64,000 bases of DNA from NCBI GenBank assembly GCA_000934665.2, contig KZ538127.1, positions 1 to 64,000 of the forward strand, read 5' to 3'. Shown piece after piece: positions 23,441 through 36,544 of the stretch (positions within the stretch are counted from its first letter, which is position 1; each line of letters opens with the position of its first letter). This DNA comes from Catajapyx aquilonaris (taxonomy: Eukaryota). Both the position numbers and the translations under genes were made by a program. The notes beneath the pieces were generated by a model. It searched no databases. It saw nothing but the letters and a program-made list of their open reading frames with translations, and was not told the origin of the DNA.

Positions 23441-26400
23441 TTAGCCCTGGTACTGGAATCCAAAGTGATCGTTAGCTTGCGAGCGAGGCACGCTCCTCTG
23501 GAACTGCGGCACAAACGCCTGATGTCTTGTGCTCTGCGCTGGCGTGTACTGCACCGCGCCAAACAGGTTTTGGAATGGGCCTGCGTTGAATCCGCCACTT
23601 GATTGCGGAGGTGCAAACTTCCCAGGCGATTTCAGGGCATTGAATCGGAGGAGGACAACCCCTGATGGATTCACATCAACAGCAATCTTGCTCTCGGGAA
23701 CCAGAACTTCATACTGCTTGTTGTCAAACAAATCCTGCAACAAGAATTATTGTCCACTGTAACACCTTAGATCCACAGGAATGTTAGACAAGCTCGAGAC
23801 GTAGTTGCAAATAAATGAATGCGTTTACATATGAGCAATTTGATCAGAAATGAGCATTGCTTAGCAATGAAACCAATTGTTTAGGGTGAAAGTAACAATT
23901 GTGTTTTGCTCCAATCGCTCATACGTAAACACATCCTTATGCAGGTAATTTCACTCCAAACTGACCTCAGCGTGATATCCACCGACATGTCCCAACCCCA
24001 GTTCCCTCAGAGTCACAGTGACCTGCGATGGAGTCCCATCCGTCCTCCTGTTCACGAAGGCCACAGCGTACGAATAGTCTCCCTGAACCACCGGTGCCAC
24101 CGGCCTAGTCCATATCTCGATCTGACGGTGCTTGTAGATCCGCCTGCCTTGGATTCCCAGTGGGTCCTGGTCCACTGCGATGACTTTTCGGTTCTGAAGG
24201 ATGGCCTTGTAATCAGGCTTCATGGTACGGAGATCCACGGACATCAGAAGAGGGGCTGCCAAAATGGCCCATATGGCCATCTGAGTCTTGCTCTGCTCGT
24301 AGCTCAGGCCGAAATTGCCAATGATGAGCTGCGATATGGGAAATTATCCTACATGTCTGCATATGCTACGAGACGAACTTTCATTCTGTACGCCATACCA
24401 TGTCTGGGTCATTCCAATGGCCTGGTCCAGCATTTGGTGCAATGGTATTCTGGTTGTCTCCGTAGTAGTCAATAATGGTCGAGACACTGTCCCACGAGTC
24501 CTGGATATCATTAAAATTTCGCCACAAATTGCAGGTTTGGATTATGGCAGTGTAGTTGGGCTGAAAATTACCATCAAGATTATCACACGACTATGGAATT
24601 TAAGCGTCTGAATATTGCGGAAACAGCCACAGCAATTAGAACCCTAATGAAAACTACAAATACGCTATGAAACGACTACTGAAAGGAATGTGGGTTGAGC
24701 ATTATTAATTATCGTGCATTGTGGTTTACCTGCATAGACGAGTGGAGTTGGTAAAAAGGCCAGCTACATGAGTATACCATGCTCCGTCCGGTTCGATTCA
24801 GATAGTAGCCAAACTCAGGATAACCTGCACACGATACGCCATTGCAAAACATATGATCGCATCACAATATTTACGACAATTCATCTGAGCTCATTTGATT
24901 GAAGCATTTAAAACTGGGCCTGCGAAGTGCTTCACATTCCGAAAAAACCAAAAAGTTACGCTCAACCCTGCGTTACTGGGTTTTTCATGCAAGGTTAAAA
25001 TTAGTATGCATGAAAACTGTCTTTTTTTTGTGAGGTTTTACATCACCCGTTGTTTTTTTTTAATGTTTCAGAGGCATGCTTGAAATAATTACCAGTATTT
25101 GGAAAGTATTTTTTTCCTTTCTGTTTCACATGCAAACCCACATCCCTCTCTCGTTATGATTACATGTGCATCAGTAATTACAGACATAAATCTTAAAGCA
25201 AAACTAAAAGCGCAACAAGGGCTACGAATCAAATTCTGGGGAAATAATGTGTAATTACATTACTACAATATACTAATTTACCGACCACCCTGTATATATT
25301 GTGACTAACTACTGTGAACTACTTTTTTAACATTTTCTAATGCATTGCAATGCAAAAACACAGTGGGCCTAATTAAAAATGTAGGCTACATTATTTTATA
25401 TTTCTGTCATTGGTAAAAATCTGTTATTTTGGTCACTACAACCGAATACAATTATTATTAAAGCAACTTAATTATTCCTGCTCAAATATTTAAGCATAAC
25501 TTCCCATTTGCTCATCGTAGAAATTTCATATCCAATCACACACCAGAGATGGGCATCAAAAAAATAAAACAACTACACGACCATACTCTCTAGCTTTAAA
25601 AAATACTCACTTCTCAATCTCATTACTCATTACCTTTCTACATTAATTTTACTTTTCAGAATAAAGGATTTGCTCATGGATTATTATATCATATTCGCCA
25701 TTGAGTAATTCTTTCATTGAAAGTGGCCACATACAAACATGTATTTTACGAATGAGAAAGGCTCTCTATAATGGACCCTGCGGAAACTAGCTAATTACGC
25801 AACTTTTGTGAGTCCAATGGAGGATTTTAAACAGACAAGTAAATCCATTCCAGATGGAACATGTTTGCAAAACAGATGGGCTCTGGTAGAGACAGGTTTC
25901 ACCGTATTTACAAAGAGTGGAACAGAGAACCAGAACCAGTTGCTTACACAACAAGGCATGGGAACCATGGTGGGAAGCATTTGATCACGTCTCAGTCATT
26001 ACATGACGGAGAGAAACTCTCCTATTGAATCTGAATAGTGAACTACAATGCGAGTTCTCTAATCGACCAACAATATATGCAATGAAGCTCTCGATGACAC
26101 CTGAGCCTGTAGGTGTAATCAAACAAATGCAAGCTGTGAATATCACGCTCATCAGTACACGGCCAGAACATGTCTAGGCCATTTGTGCAAAGTTATTTAA
26201 AAATGTCATGCACCAAATAAGAAATGTCAGAAAAGGAGAAGAAGAGAGTGGCGGTTAGGGACAGTATGTCGCAAGGGTGATCTAACCTTCATTCCACTTG
26301 ATGTTTGATAGACAGGCCAAGAGCATGAGTAAACCATTGGACGACCGGTCCGATTCATGAAGTATCCGAATTCAGGGTAACCTAAGAAAAACCCGATGAG

Positions 26401-28130
26401 GAAAGCAAAAAAAAGGCAAAAAAAAGAGGAAATGTACACTGGGTAGGGGGCCATCGTAATGTGCAAAATAATGCAACATGGGTTAGGCTTTAGTTAGTAT
26501 GAACATATTATGAAGCGCTTGTCATTCTGGATATTAAAACCCAAAGTGTAGCAAAGGAAGCCCATTTCAATTGCTTCAGTATCATTTCCAATTTTGACAA
26601 AAATTGTGTACCAAAAAGCAGCCATAATTAAATAAGGTTACGCCAAAATAATTTTAATGCAGATTCATCTTATCCAAACGTATTGAGTTGAAGATGTCAA
26701 ATAAATTAATCATTGCAAAATCCTGCGGAGAGTCCTTGCTTTCATATAATTTTCCCCCCCATATAACAAGAGCATTTTGACAACTGGTCGAGAACAATAG
26801 TGACACTAAGGTCATTAATAATATTCTGTCAGATTCACCAGGGCTCACAGGTGTGTACACTGCACTAGTGTCCATCATTTTGAGCATGTGGCGACCTTAG
26901 CCACAGACACACTATATTTATCGCCTGATATTTCCTGCAAGTAGTGAGATTTACGTACATGGTAAGTGACATCTATCTCATACCACAGGGAGAGGATCAA
27001 CAAAAAATCTGCACCAAAAACATGATCATATGACTCTGACAGTGCAATACAGATGGCTGCTTTTTGAAGCACATGAGTCACTTGCCAGCAGTTCTCGCCC
27101 TTTTTGTAATCAACAACAGTGTCAGTTTTGCGAATAAATTCAAGGTCTCAAAATGCACTGCCATACGCCCATTACAAGGAAATGCTGTGCAAGCCAAAAA
27201 CAAGCGGCATTCCTATCAACTTTTACTGATGCTGCTGATATTTTCCATACATCTCATTACAATTTGTAACTATTTTTTTTCCTCTGCTCATAAGGCTGTG
27301 TTTACATGTGAGCAATTCTCTGGGCGATAAAACCAATTTTTTGGAGGCGAAATTGATTGTTTGCCTCAAACAATTTATTTCATCGCTCATGATGCGAATC
27401 GCTGACATGTAAGTGCGGCCGAATGCAAAGAACTGCCAGCAGTAAACAGTAAATAAACTGCAATAATAATGAAAACAGTTTGTCACGAAGGCAACTTACC
27501 CCGATCCATGTCTGACGGATGGGAGTAACATCCGTCCAACTTGACATAATCTACATCCCAATCGGCAAAGGTGTCCGCATCCGTCTCCAGGTGACCCAAG
27601 ACACCCGGATACCCTGCGCATGTGTAGTTTCCGTAGTCTTCATAAATGCCAAATTTCAGCCCTTTGCTGTGAACCTGTCAAGGAAAACATTTACAATTTT
27701 TGGGCAACCATGATTTCAGAAGTACTCACATAATCCGCAAGTGCCTTAATTCCGCTAGGGAATCGATAAGGGTCAGGTGTAAGCCTCCCGTAGGCGTCCC
27801 GTGCTTGGGCCAACCAGCAATCATCTATATTCACATACTCATACCCAACCGCCTGGTAGCCTTCGGACACCACGAGGTCCGCCATCGTCTTGAACAATCG
27901 TTCACTGCAGATCCAAAAAAAACACGTTATAACACAATCGCACCCTAATTTCTAAACAGCACAAACCTAATGCAATTATCAGGATCATTAACGCAATCGG
28001 TGTTGCATCTGAATCTCTCCCAGGCCAACCATCCCATCGGAGGTGTCCTGGCCAGTCCGTTATCCAGAGCATCTCCTGGACAAACCAGAACCGCGAGGGC
28101 GGACAGGTACAGAAGTAACCTGGCCTCCAT
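23441..28130 (-). CDS. NAGA: GH27 alpha-N-acetylgalactosaminidase/alpha-galactosidase precursor (475 aa), with two alternative versions of exon 4
   Basis: Signal peptide, then [37 protein letters not shown] (nucleophile Asp), LWRNFNDI (acid/base Asp), [11 protein letters not shown] and DQDPLGIQG. Exons 27967-28130, 27730-27904, 27500-27674, [26287-26381 or 24730-24824], 24399-24560, 23966-24328, 23441-23734 total 1428 nt. Confidence 0.94.
23823..23930. mobile_element. MITE-like element, second copy (NAGA last intron)
   Basis: Termini gtttacatatgagc.att ... aatcgctcatacgtaaac, and internal atgaaaccaattgttt..gaaagtaacaat shared with the reverse complement of the 6986-7085 element. Confidence 0.6.
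24730..24824 (-). CDS. NAGA: NAGA alternative exon 4b ([32 protein letters not shown])
   Basis: CAG acceptor, GTAAAC donor, 95 nt, phase 1 to 0, open frame. Paralogous to exon 4a. Confidence 0.88.
26287..26381 (-). CDS. NAGA: NAGA alternative exon 4a ([32 protein letters not shown])
   Basis: Long polypyrimidine tract and TAG acceptor, GTTAGA donor, 95 nt, phase 1 to 0, open frame. Confidence 0.9.
27299..27413. mobile_element. MITE-like element, third copy (NAGA intron 3)
   Basis: gtttacatgtgagcaatt..gcgataaaaccaatt ... aaacaattt.tttcatcgct..aatcgctgacatgtaa. Internally palindromic and related to the other two copies. Confidence 0.5.
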
Positions 28131-28402
28131 ACTGCTACAAAAGCTGCAAAAAAATATGCATTAATTAAATTAACAAGTCGACACATGCGAGCACACACAC
28201 TGACGGAATCAAAATCCTCCAGAAACCACTCACATAAAGACTGGTCATTTCGAGACCCATTGTGCGTAATATCACTCCAAATCAGCTTATGAACAATACA
28301 CTAACCAAAAATATATCTCCAACCTCACTCTATCATATCACAATTACTCATTCATACAGCTGTATGCAATGTCGTACATCACACATGTCCAACCTTATTA
28401 AA

Positions 28403-28672
28403 CGGCTGGTTAGCATCTAACCATAGTCGGTTCACGTCTATTAAACCTTAGTTAGTCCGTTAACATCTAACTGCAGTTAGTCGGTTAACGTCTAACCGTA
28501 GTTAGTCAGTTAATGTCTAACTGCAGTTGGTCGGTTAACATCTAACCGTAGTTAGTTGGTTAACATTTAACCGTAGTTAGTTGGTTAACATTTAACCGTA
28601 GTTAGTCGGTTAACGTCTAACCGCAGTTGGTCAGTTAACATCTAAGTGTAGTTAGTCAGTCAACGTCTAACA
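28403..28672. repeat. 25-bp minisatellite (~11 copies), unit TAACCGTAGTTAGTYGGTTAACRTY
   Basis: Tandem units directly visible. Each contains a GTTAAC palindrome and a TAACC...GGTTA inverted pair. Confidence 0.92.
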
Positions 28673-29328
28673 ACTCTAGCTATAGTGTAAATATTACCAG
28701 TCGGTCTTTTATACTGTTGGTGCAACCCAGTTTAAACCAGAGGTAAATCCACCTGTCAAGAGCCGCCGAAGAAGAGGCGTCTGCACTAGTCGGCAGCTGG
28801 TGGTCGACTGATGGGAGATCCCGATAAAAAGTGGTCGGTATGACCGAAAAAGAGGCGCTCTTTTTATATGTACTATCAGTACATAGCAAACACTTTAGTG
28901 ATAAACAGTATCACTAGTGATATGTTGTCACAGGTGTGCAAGGTTTAGTACTGGGTTGGTTCAGTGACGTTTTTTTATGGCCTTCCGGTCCTATGGCCAT
29001 CTAGGTCATTTTTGGAGGGTGAATGCCTTTATTAACAAGTAATCACCTTGGAAATGTGACAAGGACAATTAGTGGGGGGTGAATGAGCTCTTTTGGGTCC
29101 CCATATTGCTAATAAAAATAAACAAATAAAAAATAATCAATAACAAACAAAATCTATAGTTTAGTGAAAATTTGACAACACTGCCCGGCCCGTCATCCAC
29201 GTGGACGTAGTACGCGATATGGCTTTCCCCGAATAGGCTTATTCTCTCAGTCGGATATGTTTGTCCGACCTGATAGTACCGCTATCTCTCGCAGACCTGA
29301 GGGTGGCAGGAGTCTGCAGAGGGAGTGT

Positions 29329-29340
29329 GCGCCATCTATG
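29329..29340 (-). promoter_or_regulatory. CTCF-like motif (CATAGATGGCGC)
   Basis: Matches the AGATGGCGC core by eye. A similar site, CCGCTAGGTGGCTC, is at 48258-48271. Motif match only. Confidence 0.35.
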
Positions 29341-30009
29341 AGTCAAGAATAGCACTACGAAGTAAATAGGCGGGCATTCTCATTAATTGTCAATTGATTA
29401 TCAATGAAGGTTTTACCAAATTAACCGGTTCACTAGTAGGCCTATATTACATTGAATATACTGTATATTAATAACAAAAATATTGATAAATAATAATGTA
29501 GGCTAAATTGAAATAGTGGTTGTCGTGACCTTTTCCTTTTAATAAAAGTCTTCCTTTCGCAATGGAGCCAGTAAAATAGATATATATATATTTTTAAATA
29601 ATAACCTATTCGTCCTAGAAAATTTTTAAAAAGGAGAGATCAGCCTAAATATGTTCGATATAAACTGGCCAGGAAACAATATGGTCAGCTTAACCTACAT
29701 TTTGGCCTGGACGCGCCTTTTTACCTACTGACCTTCAAAAAAAAAAGAGTTCTGAGGAAAAGGCCAAACATGCAATGTGTGGGCAAGACCTTGCCCATAG
29801 TGTAGTGGACTTGAGATTCCAGAAGGTACGCATCTTCAAAACTTTCACCTTAAGATAATAATTATTACAAACCATGCAGACGCGCTCGGAGAAAACGAAC
29901 TTTGGGGCAGCGTGATTTACTTTATTACGCATTTACAATGCCATAAACTTGTTTTAATGACATGTGCAGCTAACAAACTTGCTGCTTGTTTTTTTTTATA
30001 TAGTACTGA

Positions 30010-30274
30010 CTAGCAGTGGACCCGTTCTTCACACGGGGGATTCATAAAATGAGATAAGTTTTGTAAAACCTACTGCTGTGGCGTATGAAACACCTTCATT
30101 TTTTTAAATCCTAAATTTAGGATATTTAAACTTTAAAAAGTTCAGTTGTCGAACTTTTTCCGCAATCAGTGGCACAATCAGTTCGCCAAATTTCAGCACT
30201 CTCAGAGGTGTGGAAGTGGGTTAGGTAGCCCGAACAAACATACATACAAACTTTCGCGTTTATAAGTATAGAGA
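30010..30274 (-). mobile_element. Non-autonomous Helitron-like element (~265 bp)
   Basis: The minus strand begins TCTATACTTATAAACGCGAAAGTTTGTATGTATGTTTG and ends with hairpin CCCGT-gtgaaga-ACGGG followed by CTAG|T. This is the canonical Helitron terminal structure. Confidence 0.75.
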
Positions 30275-31485
30275 ATATGCAGACGGATTTGTCTATAGAA
30301 AATACTTGTTGGCATGAAGCAAGCTGATTCCTGTGGCCATGGAATTGACCCAGTAACATTCTGAAAATTGATTCTGTAGAGTTGGAAGTCTAATATTATT
30401 ATTTCGCCAGTAGCAACCGCCAATTCGTCCATTAGAAACGAGCTATAAACATGAGTATGAAGCAATAGTGACGCCAAGTGATAATCGGATAATGACCGTC
30501 TAATATTGTCGTACGCATTATCGTACAAAGCTGCATATGTTTGCATTTTTTCAAAAACGAGTTTAATCACCGGTATAACCCCCGTAAGCTACTCTTACAT
30601 CAGGGAAAAGGAAAAAAAGCGTGTGCATGATGGGTGTGAACAACAAATAATTAACGATGGTTTCAATGTCATTACGTGTACTGTACAAGATCGAGTCGAG
30701 GTCATCTCTGAGAGAAGGTGCGTCAAATCTGTCCCTTTTTTTTTTTGGTCGTACGGCTCTTTTATGTTGACCAAGGATTATCCGGCTCGTCTCAACCTTT
30801 CCCAAGGCCCATCAAAGTCAAGCAGGCACAATGTGGAGCAAACTAGGTGGGGGAGAACACTGGAGAAAATCGTCGCCCGAAGGTTGCAGGTGAGGAGGAA
30901 AAGTGGAGGAGAAATCACTAAGGAGCCCACTTTGTTTTTAGAAGAGGGTTCCACACCAAAAGGAATCCATCTTTTCTTCTGTACTTTTTCTTCTGCTTAT
31001 TATTAATTCTCTTTCCCTCCACTTTGTAATATATAATAGTAAAAAAAAAAACAGTTTTCCAACTCCCTTTCGCTTCCATCAAAAAAACTAGTCTAATTGC
31101 CATCATTATTTATTCATTCAGCACAGATGATGCTATAGATTCACTTTCTTCGCGCTCTCTAATGTACAATGTTTCACTCATTTTGACAGCAAAACCTGTC
31201 ACGTGAAAATTAACAGGAATTTTAATTTTATACTGATGGTCATCAAACGCTAATAATTAATAATAATGATGATTTTGTATGGAAGCAATACATATTCAAT
31301 TTTTCTTATTAAAGTCGACAAAACTGGGCTTAATGTTTTCACAAACTATTCCACAATGCTTATTGTTATGTCTATTATTATTGATTGATTGATTGATGTT
31401 TATTCCCAGTGAAAAATATTTGACATGCTCTTTTCGGCGACTTCTCATATTAATCCTTTACACTACGCCACTACGGTATATGTGG

Positions 31486-31486
<1 letters not shown>

Positions 31487-31560
<74 letters not shown>
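31487..31560. repeat. (TTA)n microsatellite, ~25 units
   Basis: Perfect run seen directly. Confidence 0.98.
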
Positions 31561-32844
31561 GCCTGCCCAAGACTAGATCTGACTATTTGCTGAAAGATAG
31601 CGTGAATGTCAATGCCAGATTAACGATCTTGATTTCTTCACTCACATGTCAGCAGTTCATAACAAAATAGCTAAGATTGCAGAAATCCAATGCAAATATT
31701 CAAAAGTCCGACAAACAGTCATACATATTTTTTTTTTTAAAAAAAAGCGTGTTATCGTCTCTAGCAAGTACGGTTGACTCGATGCCATTCAACTTCCATT
31801 TTGGTCTAAATAAATAAACAACAACTGACCAACACTGACCTGCTGTGCTCTCCAAACAATAATCTGAAAGCACCACACACAGCACCGGTCAACCTTTATC
31901 CAAAGGGTCAGTCCACATGCAGCAGACGTCCGAAAAAGCTGCACACACACACAACTAACCACTGTATGATCTGTGCAAAGACTGGCCCCGAGAATAATCC
32001 CCAACCAAAGAGCCAAGGTAGAGGGGCCGTCCAACCAGAGAGCAAGTTGGCCACTAAGAGAAAGGCTCCATTTCTACCTTCGCACGAGGGGATAAGGAAG
32101 GGAAAATTATTATTATTTTCTTTTTTAAAATTTCCACCATATCCTTTTTTTTAAGTATAATTTTTTTTTGCACCCTAAAAGAGCTCCTCCCAACTTCCAT
32201 TGTTTTTTTTTTTTTGGACGTTGTTATATCTGGCTTACAACACACAGAGAGAGACACACGCCTATATGATGACAATATTCCAGATGCTCACTGTGGGCTA
32301 ACAGAAGGAAAACTTTCGCTCTTCAAAAACACTTTCTTCTGCTTTTGTCGTGTCTAACTGTCTGGGCTAAGGTCATCTTTATTCCGGAGCACGTACCACT
32401 TTTGGCCACTGGTCCTAACTGGTCTAAGGACACTCCTTTCCGGTCTTTACGAAAATTTCTCGTAATATACATAAGGTGTTAATTATTTTTATAATTTTAA
32501 AAAAACGCGATGCAAAAAATTGAACCGTGCGAATTTTTTCTACGGTGTATAAATTCATCTGTGCAAATATTTGCAAATACTACTTTACTTTCCGACCATT
32601 TCCTTCCCAAATTGAGGTCTGAAATTTTGACCACTATGCATACACAGCCATACCGCATATTAACCGCGTAGGTACTGACTTTCCCTCAAGTACTGTAATA
32701 GCAATTAGGATGCATCAGCAGTCGCAATTTGAGGTTGTACATTATTAGTAACAACTGTTGCCAATTTAGCACATTTCAGTTTGCAATTATTGGCACTGCT
32801 CTACGTATTGAGCAGAAAATCGTAGTTGGCATGCTTACAGAATC

Positions 32845-32960
32845 CTTCTGATTGGATCGCCGCATATTGTTACCTCGACTCTTACTATTGGCCCGCGGTC
32901 TACGCATGCGCAATGGGTGTTAGCAGCGCCTCTGGTGGGTAGGACAGGACTACAACTAGG
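32845..32960. promoter_or_regulatory. Promoter-like motif cluster (two ATTGG boxes, NRF1-like CGCATGCGCA, CTCF-like GCGCCTCTGGTGG, GACTACAA)
   Basis: GC-rich patch with several housekeeping-type motifs inside AT-rich DNA upstream of NAGA. No transcript evidence. Confidence 0.35.
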
Positions 32961-35825
32961 GGAAACGTAAATTGGTAATAAATTACATCCGGTTACCCCC
33001 ACTGACAAGACCTTGCAATAATTCGCCCATTATTTTCCAGCCTTTGGGGGGGAAAAAATTATGACAAATGTCTTCATACAGTCGTTTTGTGTGTGTCCGC
33101 CTTCTGAAACACTTTCTACTGCACCTCCTTCGCAAGAAGACTTCCTAATTCGGTTGCCAAATCGTCAGAGGGGGGGAGGCCACCATCAGTGACCTCCAAG
33201 GACACAACTTTCATATCTTTTTACACCAGCTTCACAGTACTTGTCGTGACCTGAGTCACTCCAGTGATGGATATAAAAAAATGACACAATATGCTTAGTA
33301 CAGAAAAATATTGAGGTCTCACGATTTGCTAACGGAACATTCTATTCAGGGTCAAGGTCATATTATTCGACAAACTACCGGTCACACACCAGCAGGTGTT
33401 TTATTTGCCGAATCTTATTTAAACTAATTAATAGTTCGGAAGGCTCCAGGCACGAGTTGGTCCACTTTACATGAACTATTCGGTACCTGATAATTTATAT
33501 TTGCATGATTCGCTCTGTGTGCTACTCCCAACTTATTGCTATACACTAGCAAGTGGTGTTGCTTGTGGCCTGTTATGAGTTTAATTTGTGTCTGGCAACT
33601 TCCCTAATCCGACGAAATCTCGTGCACTTTTTTTTCTCCCTGGAATGACTATACGATACGAACTCATATGAGGTGGCCATCGCGCCTCAGTTTGAATTTA
33701 CGGCGACAGGAAGTGTAAAAAGTAATAAATCATGGTACGTGGGAAAAGGGCATCGTAGTCACCTTTTTTTTTGGGGGGGGGGGGGGGTTTGGTACCAACT
33801 GATTCTCCCCAACCTGCCCTAAGTACAAGGACATGTATACCAGTGCAATATGTGCGCAGAATTTCCATACGCGCTCACCTTCGACAGGTGAAAAAACTCC
33901 GGGAGTCCAAACGGGACTTCCCACGTTGAATGACCTAAAAGTGGATCTCGGTCAGTAATGCAGATGAAAATATAGTGACAGCCACATGATGGATGCTGCT
34001 CGACTAATTAATTTGCATTGGATGACTCTTATTCACGATTAGCAGGTCACGATGTTACGAGTATCGCATTTCAAGAGTGACATTCTGAACGACTTTCACG
34101 ATACTTTTTTTTTATTTAAAAAAAGGTTTGACGTCAGGTTATATAACATTTTTATTGGCACTGGATTTCAAGCGCTATTAATTTTACAGCTCATAAGCTA
34201 GGTTGTACCACTCTGTACGTGCGGTCTTTTTTTGTGTATGTGTGTGTGAGAACGAGTTTTAGAGGTATAACAGGTCATGCAGAACTGGTGACAAGCAGTG
34301 TGTCCTTCACTTTATAAGACAGATTTTAAAGAAAGACAATCCGGACGAATGAGAGCAACAGAAAGCCACTATTTCGTCATAGCAGGTCATACTCTGATGC
34401 ATTCAGTAACAATAGTGGACATAATGGAAATAAACGAAAAATATGTTTGAGAAAATAATAAAAAATTATTGGAGCACTGTACATAATATTGTTGATGGGG
34501 TCAGAATTCATTAATCTAAATTTAAAAAAAAAAAATCATTAAAAAAACCGTAGGCAGTGTATATGCTGCCTTACAAGTGCGTAATATACAGAAGGCGGTT
34601 CTAACTTATGATAACTTTTAAAGATACCTCTTAGAAGAAAGGAGACGCAAATCATGAAGCGTTAAAATTAGTCTGTGGTTAACGCTTGCGCAAGCACGGA
34701 CAATGGAAGTTATTACTGTATACAGTACATGAGAGGGTGTTAGGTAATATTTTGCGAATACTATATACCGCGGGTGTACTGCAAAAATTTCTGGTGAATT
34801 GCGGCTCTTGCCCTTTAAACTTGACATGTGCTGAATGACACGAGCCCAAATTAATTTGATCACTAATACAGCCCCATAAATTACGCTACTAACATCATTA
34901 CTTTTGATCCTTGCGCTTACAGCAGTTTTTTTTCCCACACAAAGGCACTTCAGAAATGACAATTGCTATAGAATGCCCTGTAGGAAGCTAATTGACTCAT
35001 TATGATGTTTGTGTTATTCATTAGTCGTGGTTAGATGATTGCTGCTGTGAGTGTGGCTGCATGGCTTGCGACCGGCCATAAATGATAATAACTTAATATT
35101 CTAATTCAATGAGGTGCTTTTAGACAATAATGCAATTAATGAGTCTTTAACACTACAGGCCTACTTACAATGAGAACCTTCTAAAAAAATTAATTTTAGC
35201 ATTTTCTTATGTCGTAACGGCAATTGGAGCAGGTTTCTGTTCAATTTCAATGGTTTTCACTCTATCTAAATACACACTTGATCCGTTTGAGTGAAACCGA
35301 CTTTTCTATCTTCAAATCAATCAATGGCATTTCCACGTGTTTTTTTTTACACAGATGAATTTAAAAAATTTACCGAAATCGGCCAACACACTTGAATAAC
35401 TGAGTCTTTCAATAGGTCAGTAAACTCAGTGTCTGTTTCAATAAAAATTGCACATATATACACAGGGCATGTGAAGATTACTGATTGTTCACTCCACAAC
35501 CAGTTAGAACCTGTTGGAAACCACAGTTAGAACCACATTCACTTGTTGCGGTTGTTGTTTCACTTTAAAACTAGTTGATGGTATGAACAATCCAAATTAT
35601 TTCACTCTGTTCAAAATAGTTGTCGATTGAAATTCTGCAACTCACCCAGCAGTGTGGCCTTCCAAAATCGCCCAAGAGCACTACCTGAATCGGCTCGAGA
35701 GACTCCCGTGGCCCATAACTACCCGATGACCACCGAGTGACCCACAAAAGGTGTAGGTGAAATGCGGACGATGTAAAACGAACAACACCCACTGGACACA
35801 CTGGTTCTTCCTTCTCATTTTTTAT

Positions 35826-35999
35826 TCTCTCTCTCTCTCTCTCTCTCTCTGAAACAGAATGGACTTCCCAAACAGGTTGGCAGATGATCCTTCATTTTTT
35901 TTTTTTGTTTCCCTTCTGAAGACCTTGCTATTTGCTCTAGAAACTAGAAGCAGGCGAAAGCTGCTGGACCTACACCAACTGGCTGCCGAAAAGAATAAT

Positions 36000-36045
<46 letters not shown>
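35826..36045. repeat. (CT)n at ~35826-35849 and (AG)n at ~36005-36045, mutually complementary
   Basis: Dinucleotide runs seen directly. Confidence 0.9.
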
Positions 36046-36049
<4 letters not shown>

Positions 36050-36544
36050 AAAATACTTGGATCATCACCACCAAACTAGTTGAACAGGTCAATATTGGGT
36101 AGTGTCGAAAGTGTTGAAGCAATGACTTTTTTTAAGGACTTTTTTTTTGAGCTGGCATGGGAAAGGGGTCTCAACTTCCGTCCTTTTTGAGCCTATTCAA
36201 AGATTGTGGCACATCCTTTCTTATAGAAACGTGGACCTCAATATGAGCTAATATACAGTTAGGCCCGAGTAAGCGTGTCCACGTTTGGTCCTATTCTCGT
36301 GGACTCCTGTAGAAAGTAGATATGTACACAAGGGTGGTGCCTTCCTCCCCACGAAGGACAGCATGATGACAACAATGGAGGCTCCGGATTGTTCAACCCC
36401 CAGCAACCATTGTTTGATTAATTGTTGCGGTTTTTTAAAATAGAAGTGACGATTTCTAGTCATTGTTGCTTCCAACTGGTTAATTAAAAAATAGTTGCTG
36501 GGGAAAATCATGCAAAATAAGTAACCCTAAATAGGAAGGTACGT

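Noticed and set aside
25700..25780. Possible third NAGA exon-4 variant (minus-strand CMWPL, resembling CEWPL)
   Set aside because: In-frame stops after the acceptor, no GYP/NRTGR similarity and no donor at the expected distance. Likely chance.
28403..28672. CRISPR-like or telomeric appearance of the 25-bp array
   Set aside because: No spacers and not (TTAGG)n. It is an ordinary minisatellite.
31393..31670. Poly-Ile and poly-Tyr ORFs
   Set aside because: Translations of the (TTA)n microsatellite.
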